A model generated the notes under the pieces. That model was given only the letters and a program-made list of their open reading frames with translations. It ran no database searches and was not told where the DNA came from. A stretch of 63,995 nt of DNA, counting the filler, from Malassezia furfur (taxonomy: Eukaryota): the NCBI GenBank assembly GCA_052055015.1. It is 8 parts of 8 records of this genome, joined end to end, with 100 filler letters (N's around TTAATTAATTAA, not from the genome) between each part and the next. Parts side by side here need not be neighbours in the genome. Positions count along the whole stretch, not along the records: positions 50,235 to 58,440 come from JBQJIT010000468.1; positions 58,541 to 63,995 come from JBQJIT010000599.1; 6 more parts are not named here. One strand, written 5' to 3'. Positions within the stretch are counted from its first letter, which is position 1, and each line of letters opens with the position of its first letter. A program made the position numbers and the translations under genes. Below are positions 56,886 to 63,995 of this stretch, piece by piece.

Positions 56886-58440
56886 ATGACGGATACGCGC
56901 CGACTATGGCACGCGTCCCTAAGCACGCCGCTGTATGTGTGTGCATTGCCTAAGTCGATTGTCGACACGGTACAGCTACGGAGTGCAGACGCCGCTGAGG
57001 AAGAGGCCAAGGAGGCGAAGAAACCTTTGCCTTCCGAAGCGCCGGCCGCTGCGCGCCCTGCCGAGGCTCGCCGCGGCGCAGGCATCCCCGCCTGCACCGT
57101 ATGCCCAGGGTGTGAGCCGTTTGCGTCGCTAGGCGAGCAGCGCGCACACTTTCGCAGCCTGTGGCACCGGTACAACCTGGTGCTCAAGCAGCGCGGCGGC
57201 GCTGCTGCACTTGTGACGCAATCCGAGCTCGATCGGCAGTGTGCCGAGATCGAGGAGGAGGACGAGCTGGAAGATACCGATACGCTGACGGCGCTCCTGG
57301 ATCGCCTGGACCTGCACTCGGCGCCGCCCGGCCAAGCCGACGAGCCGGGCCAGAGCCGCGCGCAGGCGGTTCAAGACGCGCTGCGCTCGCCGCTCGTGTG
57401 GTTCGAGAGCCGTGCGGATGCGCCGGAAGATGCGCGGCTCGAGCAGACCCAGCTTGGCGTGTACCGTGATGTGCTGACCTCTGCGACGGCGACGCCGGCG
57501 ACCGACGCTGCGTCGGCGGTTGCGGCGCTGAAGGCGCTCCAAGCCCCTGTCCTCACCATGCAGCCCACAAAGCAAGGTTGGACGGGCAAACGGCTGCAAG
57601 GCACCAAGCATGTTGGCCGCGCGATGCAGCTTGACATTCTGGACGGTGCCAGTCTGCTTCCCATGCTTCTGGGCCATGCGGATCTGTACGACGATGCATC
57701 GACCGACGAGACGACGAGCGAGTCGGACACTTCGTCCGACAACGAAGGTGAAGGCGAGGTGGCGCCCAGCGCGCGCACTAGCGCGCCGCCCGAGCCGCCC
57801 ATCGCACTCCCCCCGCTGCGTCTGTGGACCTTTATCATGATGGGCGGCGGCCACTTTGCCGCGGCGGTCGTGGCGCTGAATGCGTATTCGCCGCCGCTCT
57901 CGGAGCGCGCCCAGAACCGCGGCACAAAGCAGCAGCGTGGCATCGTGGTGCTGGCGCACAAGACCTTCCACCGGTACACGACGCGGCGCAAGCAGGGCGG
58001 GGCACAGTCCGCGCACGACACGTCTGGGCGCCATGCCAAGAGCGCGGGTGCGAATCTGCGTCGCTACGGCGAGGCGCAGCTGCGCAACGACATCCACAAG
58101 CTCCTGGGCCGCTCGGGGTGGCGGTCGCTGATCGAGCGCTCGGAGCACGTGTGGGTGCGTACCAGCATGCGTGCCGCCAGCGGCGTGCTGTGGCACTGGC
58201 CGAACGCCACGAGTCCGCTGGATGCCCCGTACGAAAACGGCACGCTTTCGCACATTCCCATCCCGACACAGCGCCCCGCGATTGGCGAGATCATGCGGTG
58301 CTTCTTGGAGCTGACGCGCGTCAAAGTCGCGCACCTTACCGCCGAGCAGCTCGCGGCGCAGGACGACGCACAGCGCGAGGCGATTGCTGCAGCGCTGCGT
58401 GCGGATGCGGCACCGGCGCCGGCGGCGCACCCTCCGCGCA
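56886..58440 (+). CDS. VMS1: Vms1/ANKZF1 ribosome-quality-control factor; 3' end cut by gap
   Basis: C2H2 finger (HFRSLWHRYNL), GGHFAA, HKTFHRYTTRRKQGGAQS, SAGANLRRY. Confidence 0.9.
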
Positions 58441-58540
58441 NNNNNNNNNNNNNNNNNNNNNNNNNNNNNNNNNNNNNNNNNNNNTTAATTAATTAANNNN
58501 NNNNNNNNNNNNNNNNNNNNNNNNNNNNNNNNNNNNNNNN
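58441..58540. other. Artificial contig spacer
   Basis: N44-TTAATTAATTAA-N44. Confidence 0.99.
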
Positions 58541-61373
58541 CCAAGAAGGGAGGTTCGCAGCTCGCGCAGCTCCGCTCGGGGCTGCGCGACGCCGGGGTCA
58601 CCACCAGCAAACCAAAGAAGGGCAGGAAGGAGGACAGGGACGACCGCGTGGGGCAGTACCGCCGCGAGCAGCGCAAAAAGCGGCTCGACGCCCTCATGTC
58701 CTCCCTGAACGCATTCGACGAGCGCACCGCGCGCGCCAAGAACGACGTACTCGGGCGCAAGGTCAAGGGCACGACGGGGCGCCCGGGTGCATCCAAGTCG
58801 GACGCGATCCAGCTGCGCCGCGAAAAGCTCCTCCCGGAGCTCGACGCGCGGCACCGCTCGTCGTCGTTCGTCGACCGCCGCTTTGGCGAATACAACCCGC
58901 ACCTCTCGGTGGAAGACAAGATGCTGCAGCGTTTCACGCACGAGCGGCAGAACCGCACAGGCAAGGCGTCGCTCTTTGACCTGAACGACGACGACGAAGA
59001 GGCGGGTCTGACGCACTATGGCCAGAGCCTCAGCGGCCTCGACGAGATGCCCGATGTCATGCACGAGGACGACGAAGAGCACGGTACGTATGCCCGCACC
59101 CGGGGCGCGCCAAGGATGATCCGACGAAACAACGTCTATACCGAAGGAGCCGACAGGCTATGCCGGGTAAAAGTTCTACTGGAGATTGCTGAGGCGTCGC
59201 CCGTGCGGCTGGGAACTGGCTGACCACAGGCAACATGGACGCCTACGAGACGCAGGGGCACTTTGCGGGCTTTGCCGAGGGCGAGGGCGAGCGCAGCAAG
59301 AACGAGGTCATGAAGGAGATCATCGCCAAGTCGAAACTCGCCAAGGCCGAGCGCCAAAAGGTCAAGGACGCCGACGACGAAATGCGTATGGAGCTCGACG
59401 AGGAGCTCGGCGATATCCGCTCGCTGCTCTTCTCGCAGAAGCGCGAGGAGCAGGAGGAGGAGGCGCCCAAGGCGCCCGCGCCGGACGACAAGAGCGAGGC
59501 GTACGATGCGTTTGTGCGGGAAATGGCGTTTGAGCGCCGCGCACGGCCACAGGACCGGCTCAAGACCGCCGAGGAGATCGAGGAGGAGCAGGCCAAGCGC
59601 CTGCGTGATGCCGAGGCCGCGCGCCTGCGGCGTATGCTTGGCGAGCCGGACGAGGAGGAGCAAGATACCCACGAGGAGGAAGAGGTGACGGGGCGCATGC
59701 GCTTTGGCCTGGGCGAGGGATTGGAGGCCCGGGGGGCGAGGGCGATGCGGGACGACGACGAGGAGGGGGATGAGGAGGGCGACGAGGACGACGAGGACGA
59801 GGACGAGGAAGACGATGAGGACGATGAGGACGACGAGGAAGAGGAGGAGGAGGAGGAAGGGGAGGAGTCCGACTCCGACTCCGACGCGTCGCTCTCGCGC
59901 TTTGAGCGCCACCTCGACGCGGCCGAAGAGACCGCCCCCGGCCGGCACCGCGCGCTGCCGAAGCGCGCCGAGGTCCCGACGCTGCCCTTCACCTTCCCGT
60001 GCCCCAGCACGCACGACGAGCTGCTGGACCTGCTCGAGGAGCATGCCGTGCAGCCGTCGCAGCTCCACACGGTGGTGAGCCGCATCCGCACGCTGCATGC
60101 GCCGCACCTCGACGAAAAGAACCCCGAGCGGCTGCAGCGGCTGCTGGGCGTGCTGATCGACCACCTGCTGTACCGCGCGAGCCAAGCGGCGGGCGGCGAC
60201 GATGTAGCCGACGTCGTGGTGATGAACGACCTCCTGCTGCACATTGCCGAGCTCTCGAAAACATACCCCGCGCGCAGCGCCGAGCACTTTGTCGCGAAGC
60301 TCGCCATGATGCAGCGCAACCTCACGCGCGGGCTGAGCCGCGGCCCACTGGAGCGCACCTCGCACACCTGGCCGGCCCTGCCCGAGCTGTGCCTGCTGCG
60401 CGCCGCCGGGATCGTGTGGCCGACGAGCGACCGCTGGCACCCGGTCGCAACGCCGCTTGCGCTGCTTATGGCGCAGTACCTCGCGCACGCACGCATCCGC
60501 TCGCTGGAGGATGTGGCCGCGGCGCTCTACCTCGTCTCGCTGCTGGCGTCCGACCAGCGCACGAGCCGCCGGCTGGTGCCCGAGGCGCTCAACGTGCTCT
60601 ACTCGGTCGTCGCGATCCTGCTCCCGCCGCTGCGCGCCAAGGGCACGGCGCCGGCCAAGGCGCTCGCCGAGGCGTTTGGCATCCCGACGCCGGACGTCGG
60701 TGCGCCGCACACCGCCGCCCTGGCGCTGCGGGAGGACGCGGCGCCGGCGACGCCCGTGCACCTCGTGCCGCTGCTCGCGCACGCGCCCGACACGGCGCAG
60801 ACGCGTGCAGACTTGCTCGGCGTCGCGGTGCAGCTCCTGGCGACCTGGGCGCAGCTCTACGCGCCGAGCCCGGCGTTTGTGGAGCTCTTCACCCCCGCGG
60901 CCTTTTTGCTCGAGGTCGGTGCGGCGCACGTGCGGGGCCCGCAGCCGCGCATCGGTGCGTACCTGGGCGACGCGGCGCACGCGCTGCGCGCGCAGCTCGA
61001 GCGCGCGGTGCGCGACCGGCGTGCGCTGCGGCTGCAGGCGCACCGTGCGCTGTCGATTGCGTCGTACGCGCCCAAGTTCGACCAGCAGGGCTTCGACCCG
61101 AAGCGCGCGACCGATCCCGTCGCGGAGCGTGCGCAGAACGCCAAGCTGCGTGCGCTGCTCAAGAAGGAGCGCAAGGGCGCCATCCGCGAGCTCCGCAAGG
61201 ACGCGCAGTTCGTCGCCGAGGCGCGCGAGCAGCGCCGCGCCGAGGAGGACGCGGCGTACAAGCGCAAGATCGACAAGATCACCCATGGGCTCCAAGAGGA
61301 GCGCTCCGAGGAGAAGCAGCTCGACCGCGCCAAGGCGACGCTGCGCAAGCGCGCGGGCAAGCGCGCGACATAG
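58541..61373 (+). CDS. NOP14: Nucleolar protein Nop14; 5' end cut by gap (intron 59084-59229)
   Basis: DRRFGE, LTHYGQSL, RSKNEVMKEIIAKSK, KTAEE, TSDRWHPV, KKERKGAIRELRKD. Confidence 0.93.
59108..59206 (+). ncRNA. Candidate intronic box C/D snoRNA guiding 25S rRNA 2'-O-methylation
   Basis: Box C-like AGGATGA (59113-59119), box D CTGA (59199-59202), terminal stem, 15-nt guide GTTCTACTGGAGATT complementary to the LSU rRNA segment AAUCUCCAGUAGAAC (recalled). Confidence 0.8.
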
Positions 61374-61435
61374 CCTGTACCATAGACGCCGCAGCGCGCC
61401 GCGCCCTCTCGCTGGCCCTCGACCTCCACTTCCGA

Positions 61436-62375
61436 ATGGTGCGCCGACGCCGCTCACGCAGGTGACCAAGCCGTCGAAGACCGCCGTCGCGCAGCGGTTC
61501 GTCGCCGTGACGGGCGCGAGCGCCACAGAGGCGCAGCAGTACCTGCGCGAATCCAACTACCGCCTCGAGGCGGCCGTCGACGCCTACTTTGCGCGGCAGA
61601 GCGCCGCGCCACGGCTCTCGGCGACGCAGGAGCGCGAGGCGACCGCCGCACTCCACGCCGTGTTCGACGCGTACCAGGGTACGTCGCTGGCTCACACCCA
61701 GACCCGGACGGGGAACCCGACACCATCACCGCCGAGGGCGCGCTCCGCCTGTTTGGCGACCTCGGCGTGGACGTCGCAAGTGTGTCGGTGCTGCCGCTGT
61801 CGTACTACCTCGACGCGCCGTCGCTCGGGCACTTTACGCGCACAGGCTTCACCGAGGGCTGGCTGCGCCTCGGCCTGGGCCCCGCGCTCGTGGGGCGCCC
61901 GCCGCCCGCCGAGGTACTCGCCGAGATGCGGCGCGCCGTGCCGCCGATCGACGACGCCTTCCGCACCAACGGCCCGGTGCTCCCGCCGCGCGCACCGGGG
62001 CAGGCGGCGAGCAAAAAGGGGCTGTATACCACCGTGTACGAGTACACGTTTGTGTTCGCGCGCGGCGAGGGCCAAAAGAACCTGCCCGTGGACGTGGCCC
62101 TGACGTTCTGGGACCTGCTCATCCCCTACGCGCCCGCGTACGACGCCGAGGGCACGCGCGGTGCGGCGCCGAGCTTTTCGGCGCGCCAGTATGCGCTATG
62201 GAAACAGTTTCTGACCGAGGCCGCAAACGTGCGCATCATCTCCAAGGACACCTGGACGCAGTTCCTCGAATTCACGCAAGAGATCGACCCGCACTTTGCA
62301 ACGCACGATTTCGACGCCGCATGGCCGTCGCTCATCGACGAGTTTGTCGAGTGGGCACGCAAGCAGGAGACATAG
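61436..62375 (+). CDS. DCN1: Defective in cullin neddylation protein 1 (introns 61439-61461, 61679-61701)
   Basis: UBA-like N-terminus; YEYTFVFAR..GQKNL, ISKDTWTQ, AAWPSLIDEFVEW. Confidence 0.92.
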
Positions 62376-62442
62376 AGCTTTTACACGATGGTATACAACA
62401 GTGGGTATTCGGCACGGCAAACCAACTCCATCCCCGCGCCGC

Positions 62443-62738
62443 TCACGCCTCCGCCTCGGCGAGCTCGCGCACGTACAGCACGTTGTTGCATCTGCGTCAG
62501 CGCGCACACCTACCGGATGAACACCTCGCCGAGCGTGCCGTTCGACTTGCCGTCTTGGAGCTCTTCGGTGTTGGCGAGCTGGAAGTTCATGTAGTTGTCG
62601 GTGCTCACCAAGAACCCCTTGTACTCCAGGCCCCACTTGAGGCGCACAAGCACCTTCTTTCCGATCTGCTGCTGGAGGAACGGCTTGGGGTTCACGGGAT
62701 AGTCCTGCATCAGCGCGCGCTCATCCACCTACCGGCAT
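62443..62738 (-). CDS. SMX3: Small nuclear ribonucleoprotein F (introns 62705-62732, 62492-62513)
   Basis: [40 protein letters not shown]. Confidence 0.95.
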
Positions 62739-62849
62739 GGTCGTCGCCAAACGCAGACGCGGCGCACGTGGCGGCACGTGGCCCTCGCCGCGACACGATC
62801 GCGAAGGCTTCGTGCGGGGGGACCGAGCGCAGCGCGCTCCGCACTCGCG

Positions 62850-63995
62850 ATGTCCGCGCGCGAGGAAGAGGCGGCGGCGCCCATGACGCGCGCCGCTCAC
62901 ATCCGCGGGCCGCCGTGGCTGCGCTCGCCCATCCTCACCCTCGGCCACTGGGGGTCGCACTTTGTCTGGTCGATCCTCAACGCGCGCGCGGCGCTCTTTC
63001 TCATGCGACTCGGCATCCCCAAGAGCGTCACGTCCGTGGTGCTGATGGCGGGACCACTCAGTGGGCTGTTTGTCCAGCCCATCGTCGGCATCCTGTCGGA
63101 CCACTGTGCCAGCCGTTGGGGACGCCGCCGCCCCTACATTCTCGGCGGCCTGCTGCTGTGCCTTGCGGCGCTGCTGTGCCTCGCCGTGGCCAGCAACATT
63201 GCGCGCATCCACAGCACGGTGTCGTCGCTGCTTGCGATCGTGCTCGCAGTCATCGGCATCGTGAGCATCGACGTGTCGGTCAACACGCTCTCGGCGGCGC
63301 ACCGTGCGCTCCTGCTCGACATGCTGCCCGCCGACGAGCAGGATTGGGCGAACGCGTGGGCGACGCGCTTCAGCAGCCTGGGATCCGTGTCCGGCTACCT
63401 GCTGGGCGACATGGACCTGTCGAACGGTTTGGACCTCGACCAGCTCAGCGTGCTGACCCTGTCGGCGGCGGTGCTGCTCGTCCTGACCCACCTCGGGCTG
63501 TTTGTGCTGATGGACGAGCCGGTGGGCCACGAAATGCCGCCAGATGCACCGACATCGCTGTACGGCCGCGTACGCGACCTCGTCCTGCACTTTGTCGAGA
63601 CGAGCCGCGTGCTGCCGCCGGCGGTATGGGACCTGTTCCGCATCCAGTTCTTTGCGTGGCTCGCATGGTTCCCCGTGCTGTACTATAGCTCGGCGTGGGT
63701 CGCCGAGATCTACCGCGCGGCGCACCACCTTCCCAGTACCAAGCTGACCGAGGCCGCGCGCCGCGAGGGCAGCTTTGCACTGCTGTGCCATGCGCTCATG
63801 GCGCTCGTCGCCTCCATTGTCCTGCCGTTTTGCCTGCACGGAGTGCTGCCAGGTGCCCACGGCGGCGCGCACCGCTATACGCGCGCGCCCACGACCGTGT
63901 GGTCTGCGGAGGACGACGAGGCGCCCAACGGCAAGGTGCCCGACGACGAGGCGCGCGCTGCACGGCTCGTGCGCCTCGGCCGGCGGCGCGTCGCC
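62850..63995 (+). CDS. SUT1/SLC45-like (GPH family) glycoside transporter; runs off the window
   Basis: AGPLSGLFVQPIVGILSD..SRWGRRRPYI, IQFFAWLAWFP; not in the ORF track. Confidence 0.85.
   Translation, partial: MSAREEEAAAPMTRAAHIRGPPWLRSPILTLGHWGSHFVWSILNARAALFLMRLGIPKSVTSVVLMAGPLSGLFVQPIVGILSDHCASRWGRRRPYILGGLLLCLAALLCLAVASNIARIHSTVSSLLAIVLAVIGIVSIDVSVNTLSAAHRALLLDMLPADEQDWANAWATRFSSLGSVSGYLLGDMDLSNGLDLDQLSVLTLSAAVLLVLTHLGLFVLMDEPVGHEMPPDAPTSLYGRVRDLVLHFVETSRVLPPAVWDLFRIQFFAWLAWFPVLYYSSAWVAEIYRAAHHLPSTKLTEAARREGSFALLCHALMALVASIVLPFCLHGVLPGAHGGAHRYTRAPTTVWSAEDDEAPNGKVPDDEARAARLVRLGRRRVA

Noticed and set aside
8382..58496. TTAATTAATTAA repeated about every 8.3 kb as a biological repeat array
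   Set aside because: It is a six-frame stop linker embedded in N runs, an assembly artefact
59750..59885. GAG/GAC-rich repeats in NOP14 (also 35236-35261 and the His/Glu repeat at 45765-45845)
   Set aside because: They encode ordinary acidic tracts or the standard CDF His-rich loop
93..61556. Long antisense or alternate-frame ORFs (e.g. 93-2429, 18523-21186, 39547-41652, 59136-61556)
   Set aside because: Shadow ORFs expected from high GC3 codon bias opposite clearly conserved genes; no recognisable motifs

Overview
High-GC, very gene-dense fungal DNA. The gene set and the tiny GT-AG introns fit a basidiomycete yeast of the genus Malassezia (inference). The window is not one locus: it holds 8 contigs joined by artificial 100-bp spacers (N44-TTAATTAATTAA-N44) and ordered by decreasing length, so adjacency across a spacer carries no information. 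About 44 complete or partial protein-coding genes can be read, nearly all housekeeping (e.g. DNM1, GLN1, KU70, TEF1, ADE1, NOP14). Several (RPL39, VPS29, DCN1, SmF, a SUT1-like transporter) are missing or fragmented in the ORF track. Main observations: (1) the only long intron, 146 nt in NOP14, holds a candidate box C/D snoRNA with a 15-nt guide matching 25S rRNA. (2) About 49 hand-resolved introns show a sharp floor and mode at 22 nt. (3) Four convergent gene pairs have directly abutting stop codons (TAG|CTA or TAA|TTA). (4) CACGTG recurs in most promoters. (5) A UIM-bearing protein looks like a catalytically dead USP. (6) A Zn2Cys6 gene has two introns whose joint retention keeps the frame but breaks the zinc cluster. 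No mobile elements, tRNA, rRNA or CRISPR arrays were seen.
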